From a virus, in IMG/VR virus record IMGVR_UViG_3300004806_000019, positions 20,224-84,223 of that record: a stretch of DNA of 64,000 bases; one strand, given 5' to 3'. Made by a program: the position numbers and the translations under genes. The notes below the pieces were generated by a model. That model did no database searches and was not told the DNA's origin. It saw only the letters and a program-made list of their open reading frames with translations. Every line of letters starts with the position of its first letter. Within the stretch, counting starts at the first letter, position 1. Of the stretch, positions 1 through 9,847 are shown one piece after another.

Positions 1-1439
1 TTCCTGGTGGTGATTGGACGATACTTTTGGTTAGGGCGGGAAGAGGGTTTGGCAAGACGGAGATGTTAGTACAGGCGGGGTGGTGGGACTGTTACGAGTT
101 TCCGGGTTTGATTGTACATGCTTTGGCACCGACGCAGAGTGACGTTCGTGGGACATTGTTTGAGGGTCCGGTTGGTTTCTGCAATGTTGTACCGAAGGAG
201 TTATTGCTTGGGTGTAGTTTAGACAAGGCATACAACAAGAGCACCCATGAGTTGAGGTTTAAGAACGGGAGTTTGATTAGGGGGTTTAGCACGACGGAGC
301 AGGCCAATCGGTTGCGTGGTCCTCAGTGTAATTTGATGTTGGGTGATGAGTTAGCGGCTTGGGATGTACCTGCGGGAAATTTGGAGACGGCATTTAACGT
401 TAGTATGTTTGGTGTTCGGTTGCCTTATCCGAAGGGTTTGAACGGTGAGTTTTTGCCTGCGAGGGCTGTTTTGGGTACGACGCCTAGACCTATTGGCTTC
501 CTGAAGAGGTTAGAGAGGCGTGACGATGTTAAGGTTATTACGGGGAGTAGTTTTGAGAACATCAATAATTTGAGTGGTGCGTATCGCGCTCAGATTATGA
601 ATTTGGCTGGGACGAAAATTGGGAAGCAGGAGATTGAGGGGTTATACGTTGATGAGGAGAATGACCAGAGTATTTTCAAGCGGGGTTGGTTTCGGTTATG
701 GCCGTGTGAGAAGAAGTTGCCTGAGTTTAGTTTTGTGATGGAGGTTTATGACACGGCTTTTACGGAGGAGACGTTTGACAGGAAGCGTCAGGAGAGTGAC
801 CCGACTGCTTGTTTGATATTGGGGGTATTTAACATTAATGCGGCGTTTACGGAGAGTGAGCGTCGTCAGATGAATGTTCGTGCGAAGTACGGTGTTGTTA
901 TTTGCGATGCTTGGGCGGAGCGGTTGGGTTTTCCTGAGTTGATGGACAGGGCGAGGAAGCAGCATCGTCTGAAGTGGGGGGCGCAGGGAAAGCGGAGTGA
1001 CATAGTCCTCATTGAAGAGAAGGGTTCGGGGATTTCGTTACGTCAGAGCTTGGGGAAGCACGGTGTACCGACATGGCCTTATAATCCGGGGCGGCAGAGT
1101 AAGTTAATACGGGCTAACGCGATTAGTCCGATTGTGGCGCAGGGAATGGTGTTTGTTCCTGAATCGATGCGCCCGGAGAGGAAGGGTTTGCCTAGAGATT
1201 GGGTTGAGCCTTTTTTGGAACAGGTCTGTGCATATTACGGTCCTGGCACTACCGAGCATGATGACTATGTGGACGTTCTGAGTTCTGGTCTTTTATACCT
1301 TCGGAACAGAAGTATGCTCGAGTCTACCACTGAGAATAAGTATTTAGATATGGATGAAAAAAGGGAACAAGATGAACGCAAAGCTCAACAAATCTATTAC
1401 AACCAAAAGTCCTCTAGCAGAGGTAATCCCTACGGCTGA
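1..1439 (+). CDS. terL: Terminase large subunit (5' end lies outside the window)
   Basis: Frame is open from the window start. Walker A RAGRGFGKT, LRGPQ..GDE Walker B, TTP motif III, nuclease motifs YDTA, IEEKGSG and HDDYVD. Lies upstream of the portal. Confidence 0.95.
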   Translation, partial: PGGDWTILLVRAGRGFGKTEMLVQAGWWDCYEFPGLIVHALAPTQSDVRGTLFEGPVGFCNVVPKELLLGCSLDKAYNKSTHELRFKNGSLIRGFSTTEQANRLRGPQCNLMLGDELAAWDVPAGNLETAFNVSMFGVRLPYPKGLNGEFLPARAVLGTTPRPIGFLKRLERRDDVKVITGSSFENINNLSGAYRAQIMNLAGTKIGKQEIEGLYVDEENDQSIFKRGWFRLWPCEKKLPEFSFVMEVYDTAFTEETFDRKRQESDPTACLILGVFNINAAFTESERRQMNVRAKYGVVICDAWAERLGFPELMDRARKQHRLKWGAQGKRSDIVLIEEKGSGISLRQSLGKHGVPTWPYNPGRQSKLIRANAISPIVAQGMVFVPESMRPERKGLPRDWVEPFLEQVCAYYGPGTTEHDDYVDVLSSGLLYLRNRSMLESTTENKYLDMDEKREQDERKAQQIYYNQKSSSRGNPYG

Positions 1440-1974
1440 CCAAAACCAGATTGAGTTTGCCCAAGAGATTTTTGATAACATCGATGGTCGGTATGACAGC
1501 AAGATTATCACCAAGGTAGAGCCGGGTGATGACATCGAGTGGACATCGATATCATCTGCATGGACAGATGACCCACGAGAGGCGGCAAATGAAGTCATGG
1601 AGAAGTTCAACGCTTATGCCTCGGGGAAAGGAGGCGTATTGCTGTGGAGACTTCTCCCCGCCATGTATGCACGGGAAGGTAAGATCCAGATTAGAACGGT
1701 GCTTTCGATTTCTAATTTAGGGAAGGCAATCGAGGTCAAGGAAGAGGCCGATGAGAAGCTGGCTTCCTTGAAGGATATGTCCGTTGGACCTCTTACGCGC
1801 CGAAGCAAGGAAAGGAAATGCCCGACCTGCACTTTTTGGGATCGCAAAAGCGCAGAGCATAATGTCGGACTATGCCGCAAGAACCCCCCCGCATTCTGGC
1901 CAGAGACACCCTTGCAGAGGTGGGCCTATACAGCAGAAACCGATTGGTGCGGTGCCTATGAGGTGAAACCATGA
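1372..1974 (+). CDS. Hypothetical protein with C-terminal 4-Cys (CxxC...CRKNPP...WCG) metal-binding domain
   Basis: AGGGA upstream of ATG 1372; CPTC...CRKNPP...DWCG motif. Confidence 0.7.
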   Translation: MNAKLNKSITTKSPLAEVIPTADQNQIEFAQEIFDNIDGRYDSKIITKVEPGDDIEWTSISSAWTDDPREAANEVMEKFNAYASGKGGVLLWRLLPAMYAREGKIQIRTVLSISNLGKAIEVKEEADEKLASLKDMSVGPLTRRSKERKCPTCTFWDRKSAEHNVGLCRKNPPAFWPETPLQRWAYTAETDWCGAYEVKP

Positions 1975-2189
1975 ACTTCGGAAAGATCATTAGCTGCACA
2001 GATTGCGCCTATGCCGTCCCGGTTAAACTCCAAAGCGGAGCTAACCAGTGCAGAAAGAACCCGCCAATAGCCGTTCCCGTGCAAGGCCACGGAGGGTTGG
2101 GGTCCGTGTCAATGTACCCTATAGTCGGAAAAGGAGACGGGTGCGGCGAAGGGTGGAGCATTCCCGATGTCGGCGGTCTGGGAAAATGA
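1971..2189 (+). CDS. Small 4-Cys protein, paralogous to the C-terminus of the previous gene
   Basis: ATGA overlap with the previous stop, GAGG SD; CTDC...CRKNPP...DGCG. Confidence 0.75.
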   Translation: MNFGKIISCTDCAYAVPVKLQSGANQCRKNPPIAVPVQGHGGLGSVSMYPIVGKGDGCGEGWSIPDVGGLGK

Positions 2190-2247
2190 TTCCAACAATA
2201 AAGAGTTTGAGGTAAAAGTATAAATTCTCTTGCGAAGGACACCCGTC

Positions 2248-4830
2248 TTGGCTGATGACAAGAACCCCATTCCACCTGATCGCCGCGCTCCTACCGGAAG
2301 TCCAGATGACCCCGTCTACCAAAAGACAGGAATGGATTCCGGCGTAGATGTCGGAGAGTATATGTCCGTCGATACAAGCGAAGACGGGCCGGAAATCATC
2401 GATAGCCCTGACGGGGGCGCCTTCGTCGTAATCGGAGAGGCAAAGGAATCAAACCCACCAGACCTGGAGTTCTACGCAAACCTCGCGGAAACACTCCCTG
2501 AAGACATCATGTCTAAACTCGCTTCCGACCTCCTGAAGAAGATTGAGAATGACAAAGAGTCCAGAAAGAAACGCGACGAACTCTATGAAGAGGGACTGCG
2601 GAGAACAGGTCTAGGAAAAGACGCCCCCGGAGGCGCCGAGTTCGACGGAGCCTCTAAAGTCGTCCACCCAATGATGACTGAAGCCTGCATAGACTATTGC
2701 GCCCGTATTATGAAGGAAATCTACCCCGTCGCAGGGCCTGTAAGAGAACGCCTCATTGGCGCCCCTACACAGGAAAAAGCCGATAGAGCCAAGCGCAAAG
2801 TCGAGCATATGAACTATCAGTTCACAACACAGATCAAAGAAGCTCGGGGTGTGCTGGAACAAACCTTTACTCAAACCCCGCTCTCAGGATCCGAATATAT
2901 CCTCCTCTATCAGGATCACAGACTGAAACGCCCAAGAATGGAATGTATGCCCTCCGATAAGGTCTACATCCCAATCGCAGCAGCAGACTTCTATTCAGCA
3001 AATAGAAAGACGTGGGAAGAAAACCTGACCGACGTGGACTTCAAACAACGCGTCAACTCAGGTATGTACCGTGATCTGGAGTTGGGGAAATCAGACACAA
3101 CACCAGAACCAAGTAAGGCCGAAGCCGCCAATATGAAAATCGAAGGTATGGAGGATACCGGAGAGAATATCGATGGAGAAAGAACCCTCTATACCTCTAT
3201 GACCTATGTCGATGTCACAGAGGATATGGCTGACGAACTCGACGTGGAAGAAGCAGGGGAACTCTACCCGTACCTGATCACAATTGATAAGACGACAAAG
3301 AAAGTCTTGGCCATCTATCGTGATTGGGAGAAAAACGATGAGGCAAGAGAACCAATCGAACACCTATTCGAGTTCGGATTCATCCCATGGAGAGGAGCAT
3401 ACTCAATCGGGTTTGCACAAATTATTGGAGGACTTTCTGCTGCGGCTACTGGTGCTCTTCGTGCTCTACTCGATTCTGCTCATGCTAATAACGCTGTCAC
3501 AGCCTTCGTCCTCAAAGGGTCTGGAATTTCGGGACAGTCTTCTCGTCCTCAAATCGGTGAACTCATCGAGATCGACGCAGGACTAGAAACAGACGATATC
3601 CGTAAACGGGTAATGCCCCCACCATTCAATCAGCCGTCACCCGTTCTGTTCCAGCTTCTAGGACTCCTCGTCTCCGCCGCTCAAGGCGTCGTCCGTACAA
3701 CCATGGACGAAAACGCAACCAATATGAACTCACAGGTTCCCGTTGGAACCCAACTGTCCAGAGTGGAAGAAGGGCTGGTCGTCTTCTCACATATCCACGG
3801 ACGCGCTCATGCCGCCTTCAATAGACTGATAAACGGACTCCATAGACTGAACCGACTCTACCTCCCCGAAACTCTCAGGGTGGACAGAGAAGGAAAGGAA
3901 CTCATGGTCCGTAGATCTGACTATGATGGCCCCATCGACGCACAGCCCGTATCAGACCCGACACTCTATTCCGATCAGCAACGCTTCATGCAGATCACGG
4001 CTATCGAACAAGCCGCCGCTATGTTCCCGCAACTCTATAATATTCGGGAGATACAAAAGCGAAAGCTGAAGCTGTGGAAAGTTCCTGACCCCGATGCTCT
4101 CTTGAAGGATGAGCCTAAAGCAACCGAGATGAATGCCATTGCAGAAAACCTCGCAATGTCACTTGGAAAACCCGTGGTCGCCTTTCCAGAACAGGATCAC
4201 CTCGCTCATCTGAAGTGCATCCTAGACTTCATTCAAAACCCCGTGCTGGGCGCAAACCCACTCATTGCACCCAAATATCTCCCAATGGCATTGCAACATG
4301 CAGTCGAGCATATCGTGTTCTTCTATGTTAAACATGCCGTCGATACCGTGGAAAGCGCAGCAGGGGTTAAATCAATAACCGAACTGATGAGCAATGATAC
4401 CGGAGTAAAAGCGGAGTTCGATAAACTCCTGGCTAACGCCTCAACTGATGTCATGGGCGATATCACGCAAATCCTCCAACAGTACATGCCCGTCCTGCAA
4501 CAGGCGCAGCAGATGATGCAGTCCTTTATGCCCAAACCCCCCATGGATCCGGCAGAGGCTGCACTCCAGGCACAACAGATGGAGACACAAAGACGTTCCG
4601 CCGCCGATCAGGCAGAGAACCAGATCGAACAACAACGCGTGGCTATCGAACAGCAAAACGCGCAAATCAATGCTCTCAAAGTGCAAAATGCAGAAAAATC
4701 AGCTACAATTACCGCTTTGACAAAGCTAAAAACTACGCAGATGGATAACGCTACCGCCAGACAATCTATTGTAGATAAAGCGATGGCAGGACAACAAAAC
4801 CATATGGTCAATGGTGAAGGCTTGAAATAG
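2248..4830 (+). CDS. Portal protein
   Basis: About 860 aa after terL. FYANLAE, GASKVVHP and Q-rich coiled-coil C-terminus resemble P22-like portals. Likely TTG start behind GAAGGA. Confidence 0.9.
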   Translation: MADDKNPIPPDRRAPTGSPDDPVYQKTGMDSGVDVGEYMSVDTSEDGPEIIDSPDGGAFVVIGEAKESNPPDLEFYANLAETLPEDIMSKLASDLLKKIENDKESRKKRDELYEEGLRRTGLGKDAPGGAEFDGASKVVHPMMTEACIDYCARIMKEIYPVAGPVRERLIGAPTQEKADRAKRKVEHMNYQFTTQIKEARGVLEQTFTQTPLSGSEYILLYQDHRLKRPRMECMPSDKVYIPIAAADFYSANRKTWEENLTDVDFKQRVNSGMYRDLELGKSDTTPEPSKAEAANMKIEGMEDTGENIDGERTLYTSMTYVDVTEDMADELDVEEAGELYPYLITIDKTTKKVLAIYRDWEKNDEAREPIEHLFEFGFIPWRGAYSIGFAQIIGGLSAAATGALRALLDSAHANNAVTAFVLKGSGISGQSSRPQIGELIEIDAGLETDDIRKRVMPPPFNQPSPVLFQLLGLLVSAAQGVVRTTMDENATNMNSQVPVGTQLSRVEEGLVVFSHIHGRAHAAFNRLINGLHRLNRLYLPETLRVDREGKELMVRRSDYDGPIDAQPVSDPTLYSDQQRFMQITAIEQAAAMFPQLYNIREIQKRKLKLWKVPDPDALLKDEPKATEMNAIAENLAMSLGKPVVAFPEQDHLAHLKCILDFIQNPVLGANPLIAPKYLPMALQHAVEHIVFFYVKHAVDTVESAAGVKSITELMSNDTGVKAEFDKLLANASTDVMGDITQILQQYMPVLQQAQQMMQSFMPKPPMDPAEAALQAQQMETQRRSAADQAENQIEQQRVAIEQQNAQINALKVQNAEKSATITALTKLKTTQMDNATARQSIVDKAMAGQQNHMVNGEGLK

Positions 4831-4839
4831 GAGTGTGTG

Positions 4840-5061
4840 ATGGTAAAGAAAGCCAAAATGGAAAATGGTGGTCACTTGGACGTTGGCGCTTCTAAGCGTT
4901 TTGAAACTATGCGTGACTACAGTAAAGACGCTCCCATCCCCCAACATCGCCGTTTGGCAATGGGAGAGAAGGTAGATGGGACAACCTACCCTGCTGAAGA
5001 TAATATCTCCCTTAAACCGACGACAGGGGGAAATGGTCGTCATATTAAGGGAGCTTGGTAG
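4840..5061 (+). CDS. Small hypothetical virion-associated protein
   Basis: AGGAG SD, directly follows the portal. Confidence 0.65.
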   Translation: MVKKAKMENGGHLDVGASKRFETMRDYSKDAPIPQHRRLAMGEKVDGTTYPAEDNISLKPTTGGNGRHIKGAW

Positions 5062-5064
5062 AAC

Positions 5065-5232
5065 TTCTGGTGGCTGTCGCACTTTCAGTTTCTGGAACAG
5101 CCCACCAGAACGAAGCCGGGGATGTCACTCAACCTTAACCACCGTCTTTAGTCATTTGTGGTTGAAGTGATCAAGTGTCGCGGCAGCAGGGGTTTGGTCA
5201 TTGGCCCCCTGGATTTGGACATCAATCCCCGG
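5065..5232. other. Highly base-paired intergenic region between convergent genes (terminator or structured RNA)
   Basis: Inverted repeats TTCTGGTGGCTGT 5065-5077 / ACAGCCCACCAGAA 5097-5110; CCGGGGAT 5116-5123 / ATCCCCGG 5225-5232; internal stems. Confidence 0.5.
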
Positions 5233-5239
5233 AACGGGC

Positions 5240-6481
5240 TTATCCTTTACGGATTGAGTCAACCCATAGATATGCCTTAGCGATACAATCACCCCATTCG
5301 TAAAGCCTCTCCTGACGAATAATCTTCATACGAGGATACCAAGGTGACTTATCGCCAGTAGTAACAAGCCAACGCCAATCAGGAACGGCAGGAATAAGAA
5401 GGCAAACTGGAATATCCAATGCACCGGCAAGATGAGCAACTCCCGTATCACAAGTGACAAGAGCATCCATGGATTTTAAAAATGTCGCAGCAGCACTCCA
5501 CTTGGCTTCAATCAACCCAGATAAATCTGTCACCAAAGCTTGCGCTCCAGCATTCGCTATAGCAGCGGAATGCTTGCCAACCTGAAAGCTGAACAAATCC
5601 CAATCAGGGGAATTAGCTAAAGGAAGAAACTCCTCAAAGAGGATGGACCTCCAGCTATCACGCAAATGACCCGTGCTTCCCGCCCAACAGATTCCAACAT
5701 TGAACCCTGTGCGACTCTGAGGCTTGTCCATTTCAGCATAGGTAAGAAGACCAGGATCCGAAGGAAGCGTATCCGGCATAATGTCAAAAAGCTTCGGAAC
5801 ACTATGAAGAAGGATCTCTTCATCAACTCCATCAACCGCATATCCCTTTAAGGAAATGTCTCCATATTCTTTATATCCCTGGAATAAGGAGTACATCGAA
5901 GCTGGGACGGAAAATGTAACCTTGCTTGCATGTTCAGCAATCAAAGGAACAAACCGGGCAAACTGAATAGCGTCACCCGCACCCTGTTCACTGGAAATAA
6001 GAATATGCTTTCCCTTCAGATCGTCCGGATATCCGCCAAAAGGTTGAGCAACAAACCTATGATCAATTATATTGATCCTATGTTCGTACTCATTCCACCC
6101 CTCATCCCACTCCCCTAGAAGCATCAGAGAGGCCGAATAATCAATATGAAAGGCCGTATTCTCAGGATTATATAAAACAGAGGTTGCAAAAGAATCCCTC
6201 GATTCCTCAAACAACCCGATTGCACTCTGCGCTAAACCAAGGATGCTCCAAGCACCCCCAATATTCTGGTTCTTATCGAGAACCTCAGAAACCATAGAAA
6301 TGGATTCTTCTGGCTTTCCAACGCGCAAAAGAGTGCTGGCCAAATTTAATTGATAGCTAATCTGACTAGGGTCAATCGATACAGCACGACGCAGACAAGC
6401 CTCTGCCGCATGATGATTGCCTGCATTAATCCGGATAATACCTAGGCTTGCAAGCTCACGGGCATAAATCAAAGGGTCCAT
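5240..6481 (-). CDS. TPR-repeat glycosyltransferase (GT-B, GT9-like C-terminus; FlmG-like architecture)
   Basis: N-terminal TPRs, EQGAGDAIQFARF, VGICWAGS, DTGVAHLAGAL, DWRW, SPWYP. Confidence 0.85.
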   Translation of the reverse strand: MDPLIYARELASLGIIRINAGNHHAAEACLRRAVSIDPSQISYQLNLASTLLRVGKPEESISMVSEVLDKNQNIGGAWSILGLAQSAIGLFEESRDSFATSVLYNPENTAFHIDYSASLMLLGEWDEGWNEYEHRINIIDHRFVAQPFGGYPDDLKGKHILISSEQGAGDAIQFARFVPLIAEHASKVTFSVPASMYSLFQGYKEYGDISLKGYAVDGVDEEILLHSVPKLFDIMPDTLPSDPGLLTYAEMDKPQSRTGFNVGICWAGSTGHLRDSWRSILFEEFLPLANSPDWDLFSFQVGKHSAAIANAGAQALVTDLSGLIEAKWSAAATFLKSMDALVTCDTGVAHLAGALDIPVCLLIPAVPDWRWLVTTGDKSPWYPRMKIIRQERLYEWGDCIAKAYLWVDSIRKG

Positions 6482-6482
6482 G

Positions 6483-8246
6483 TTATTCCTTCACAGTAAA
6501 AGAGATGGGAGATTTCCCACTGATGTAGGAGAACCATGCAGAGGAAAAAACATTCTCCATGAGTTCTCCAAACTTTTTGATGTTGCAAAGCGGTGAGCTA
6601 AGAAGACGATCTCTCATTCCAAACCTTATCGCTCGTAAATAATTTGGATTCTCCGCAAGGGATATAGCCTTTTTGCGATATTCAGCAGGAGAGGAAGCAA
6701 TGAACTCATCAAGCCATATAGACTTTAAATAGGCTGATGAATGGCGGGAGGGGTAAGTGAACTTAGGAAGAGTGATAACCGGCAACCCCATCCATAAGCA
6801 TTCAGTCGTTGTAACCCCTCCTGCATAGGGAAAGCTATCAAGCGCAATGTCAACCTGACCCATTGCCTCTTGATGCTCCTCTGAAGAGGAATAGCCAAGA
6901 AAGGAAATCCTCTCAGGATTAATCCCCCGATCACTGAACATCTGGCGATAACGAGATACAGTGTCAGGACAGTCCAAAGCAGGAGACTTCATTAGAAGCT
7001 TAGACTTCGGAACAGAGGAAAGAATGTCAGACCACAACGTTATGACGTTAGAGCCAATCTTTTTCAGAACATTGAAGGATCCAAAGGTGATGTACCCATT
7101 CCTGTCAAAGGGTAAGGAAGGAAGAGGATCATAATAAGAAGGCTCAAAACATACCGTTGTATGAGGAAGCTTGATCAGCTTCTCAGTAAAATACTCGTCC
7201 AGGCCATCAAGCTCAGTCTTACTGGCAATCAGGTAATCCATTTGAGGGGAACCCGTAGTGCCAGGATACCCAAACCAAGTCATTTGAATCGGGGCAGGCT
7301 TTCTTGCAAAGACCTCGAGTCTATTCCCAGCCGTATACCCGGCGAGATCAACCAGAATATCAATTTCATCCAACATGATACGTTTGTGAAGCTCATCGTC
7401 ATCTAATCCATAAGCAGGAACAAAGGCCCCAACGTTCCTGAATCTCCTTGAGATATGATCCTCAAGTGGTGTTGTTGAATAGAAAAACAGGCTATAATTC
7501 ATGTCAGAAAGGTACTCAGCAACCGGAGCAACCGCTAATCCAACAGGGTGCTTTCTAAGGTCGCCAGAGACAAATCCGATTGTTGGTCTTGTATGCTCCC
7601 GTTTCTGATGGAGCGTAATCGGGTAATTCAGATGACGACGGGCGACAAACTCAGACTGAGCAAGGACAAGAACAGGATCATCCTGCCGATAAAGTTCTGA
7701 GAAGGCGATATTGAAAGAAGGGTTCTTAGCCATAGGGTCATGGCGCCCCGCTTCCGTAAAACACTGAATCGCTTCATCAACCCGTCCCTGATCGAGATAA
7801 ATATTGCCAAGATTGTTCCAGGCACTCGTAAAAAATGGGTTGAGTTCAAGTGCCTTCTTTAGGGAAACTTCCGCATCTCCAAGCTTGCGAAGGCTCTGAA
7901 GCGTAAGCCCAAGGTTGCTGTAAGACTCACTGCTGTTGGCATTCAAATGTATAGCCTCTCTGAAATGACGTTCAGCCTCCTCATACCTCATAAGAAGATG
8001 ACAAAGCAGACCGCAATTAATGTTGGAAGGAAGGTTATCTTTGTTGATAAGGATAGAGCGGCGATAGTCCTCAATCGCCTTCTTGATGATACCCGTCTGA
8101 TGCTCAATCATGGCAACATGGGCGTAAAGGTCAGACCGTTCAGGAGAGAGGCAGACGGCAGATCTGAATGTATCTGCCGCTGCTAAATATTCTCTCTTCA
8201 TAAAATGACGGGTTGCCTTGGCGAAAAGAGTTACAGCATTCACCAT
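6483..8246 (-). CDS. TPR + GT41 (OGT/SPINDLY/HMW1C-like) protein glycosyltransferase
   Basis: TPRs (AWNNLGNIY), IGFVSGDLRKHPV, DILVDLAGYT, PAPIQ..W.GYPGTTG, TFGSFN..KK, DIALDSFPY.GG.TT.ECLWMG. Confidence 0.9.
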   Translation of the reverse strand: MVNAVTLFAKATRHFMKREYLAAADTFRSAVCLSPERSDLYAHVAMIEHQTGIIKKAIEDYRRSILINKDNLPSNINCGLLCHLLMRYEEAERHFREAIHLNANSSESYSNLGLTLQSLRKLGDAEVSLKKALELNPFFTSAWNNLGNIYLDQGRVDEAIQCFTEAGRHDPMAKNPSFNIAFSELYRQDDPVLVLAQSEFVARRHLNYPITLHQKREHTRPTIGFVSGDLRKHPVGLAVAPVAEYLSDMNYSLFFYSTTPLEDHISRRFRNVGAFVPAYGLDDDELHKRIMLDEIDILVDLAGYTAGNRLEVFARKPAPIQMTWFGYPGTTGSPQMDYLIASKTELDGLDEYFTEKLIKLPHTTVCFEPSYYDPLPSLPFDRNGYITFGSFNVLKKIGSNVITLWSDILSSVPKSKLLMKSPALDCPDTVSRYRQMFSDRGINPERISFLGYSSSEEHQEAMGQVDIALDSFPYAGGVTTTECLWMGLPVITLPKFTYPSRHSSAYLKSIWLDEFIASSPAEYRKKAISLAENPNYLRAIRFGMRDRLLSSPLCNIKKFGELMENVFSSAWFSYISGKSPISFTVKE

Positions 8247-8860
8247 AGGAGGTACGAGCCTCCGCTAATGAGGAACTGAACTTCGTGATTGCCGTATAAG
8301 AGATCTGTCTCCAGGCTCATCTTCCTTATGCCCGTTGGTGGTCCCATATAAGCAATCACTTCGTCATAAGTCATGCCGTTCCGAAGGTGCTTGAATTTCT
8401 CATCAATCGTTTCAAGCCGCGAGAATGAAGCTTGTTGGACAACTGGCTTCCTGTCCTCCTCTGCCATTTTGTAGATGAGATCCCTGATCTGGCCAGGATC
8501 AAAGGAAACCTGTGCAATGCAGGAAACCCGAAGATGATCCTCCTCCATAGAGGGAACTACAGAAATCGGGGTTATCTTAACCACAGAGCCAACCCACGAC
8601 TTCACTCTCTGAAGAAGCTTCTCATCAACCTTGCCGCTGGATTCATTCGTGGTAATCGTCGTAGAAGCCGTAACGATTGTCCCTGACGCCTCAAGTGCTT
8701 TTCTCGCTGCTTTGGCGAAGCAAGCCGATCTTGCAGCGGAATTGGTGTCAGAATCAGAGGCAATATAGGATGCACTTTGCATGACTGTTGCCGCCTCAAC
8801 TGGGACAAATGAGGCAATAAGAGGGGTAATTATCGTAAGAAGTGGAATTAATTTCCTCAT
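8240..8860 (-). CDS. Secreted protein, LPP20/FlgT-N-like N-terminus and SmpA/BamE-like C-terminal motif
   Basis: Signal peptide (..VEA); C-terminal FKHLRNGMTYDEVIAYMGPP. Confidence 0.6.
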   Translation of the reverse strand: MRKLIPLLTIITPLIASFVPVEAATVMQSASYIASDSDTNSAARSACFAKAARKALEASGTIVTASTTITTNESSGKVDEKLLQRVKSWVGSVVKITPISVVPSMEEDHLRVSCIAQVSFDPGQIRDLIYKMAEEDRKPVVQQASFSRLETIDEKFKHLRNGMTYDEVIAYMGPPTGIRKMSLETDLLYGNHEVQFLISGGSYLLW

Positions 8861-8865
8861 AATGG

Positions 8866-9447
8866 TCACTCCTTAATGACTTCTGGACGAGGCGCAGAAG
8901 CCGGTTGAGGAGGCTCAGAAGCCTTCTTTATGTCGTTATCAAGCTCCTGATAGGCTTTTGAGGCGCGAAAATCATCCCGTGCAGTGTGATCAGACTGAGC
9001 AATTGCTTGCACCAGAGGGGCATTAAGTAAAACCCAAACCCGATAACCACCATTCTCAATGACGATCTTCTGATCCTTAACGATGTATCCGGAAATCGGC
9101 GCATTGATGGCCGTCTCTTTAACTGTCCTCTCAAAGTGAGAAGCAATGACTCTGGCGTCCTCAAGATGATCGGTTGTTTTTAGAGAGAGCTTTCCGGAAA
9201 TCTTTTCGGCAATCTGTCGTCTGGCCTGAAGGGAAGCCTTATCGATGGCCAACTGAAGATCCGAACTGGTAGCCGTTGCCACACCGATCAGCTTCCCGTC
9301 ATCATCAGGTGGGCTTGTGTACCAGCCAGGACTTTCGTCAGCAACCCGGCTGACTTGTTGCTCTATATAAGCAGGAGTCCCCGGCTTCGGGGATGAACAG
9401 GCCGTTAAAGCTATCGCAGAGACTGCGACATAAAGAACGTGTTTCAT
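8866..9447 (-). CDS. LPP20-like lipoprotein
   Basis: GGAGG SD, lipobox LTAC, P.WY..PP...G.A.S.D...A...A...AR..IA pattern. Confidence 0.75.
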   Translation of the reverse strand: MKHVLYVAVSAIALTACSSPKPGTPAYIEQQVSRVADESPGWYTSPPDDDGKLIGVATATSSDLQLAIDKASLQARRQIAEKISGKLSLKTTDHLEDARVIASHFERTVKETAINAPISGYIVKDQKIVIENGGYRVWVLLNAPLVQAIAQSDHTARDDFRASKAYQELDNDIKKASEPPQPASAPRPEVIKE

Positions 9448-9458
9448 AAAACCCTCCG

Positions 9459-9743
9459 TCATTTAATCCATTCAGTTTGCTGTCTTGCCCACTCAAGAAG
9501 ATCACTTTTGCGGTAACTCACATAGTTCCATCTGAACCGGATGTAAGGTGGGCCTCCCCCCGCATTGTTATTGATGGCCATGTTTGCCAAACGCTTTGTG
9601 GAAATTGGACACCCAATTGATTTCAGAAAGACGGTTGCCGCTTTCCGATTGAGCCATTCATCCCCATCCTCAAGAAGGAGTTTTGACTTCTTCATGTTCT
9701 CCCTAAACTCTTCCTTGAGCTTATCGGTTAAAACGCCAGCCAT
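9459..9743 (-). CDS. AlpA/excisionase-like helix-turn-helix DNA-binding protein
   Basis: WLNRKAAT.FL...S.K.LAN....GGGPPY.R....V.YRKSDL.EW signature; GAGG SD. Confidence 0.8.
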   Translation of the reverse strand: MAGVLTDKLKEEFRENMKKSKLLLEDGDEWLNRKAATVFLKSIGCPISTKRLANMAINNNAGGGPPYIRFRWNYVSYRKSDLLEWARQQTEWIK

Positions 9744-9763
9744 CTTGTAACCTCACTAAGAAA

Positions 9764-9792
9764 CCCATTGGATCAATCTTATCCCATTGGAT
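9764..9792. promoter_or_regulatory. 10-bp direct repeat in the divergent promoter region (candidate operator)
   Basis: CCCATTGGAT at 9764-9773 and 9783-9792. Confidence 0.4.
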
Positions 9793-9847
9793 TTAGATTA
9801 TCAAAAGGTTCTTGAACGTTCCCAACAAATCAAGACAATCTCTCCTA

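Noticed and set aside
9459-9743. Integration/excision module
   Set aside because: Xis-like HTH only; no integrase or att site seen, so lifestyle cannot be called
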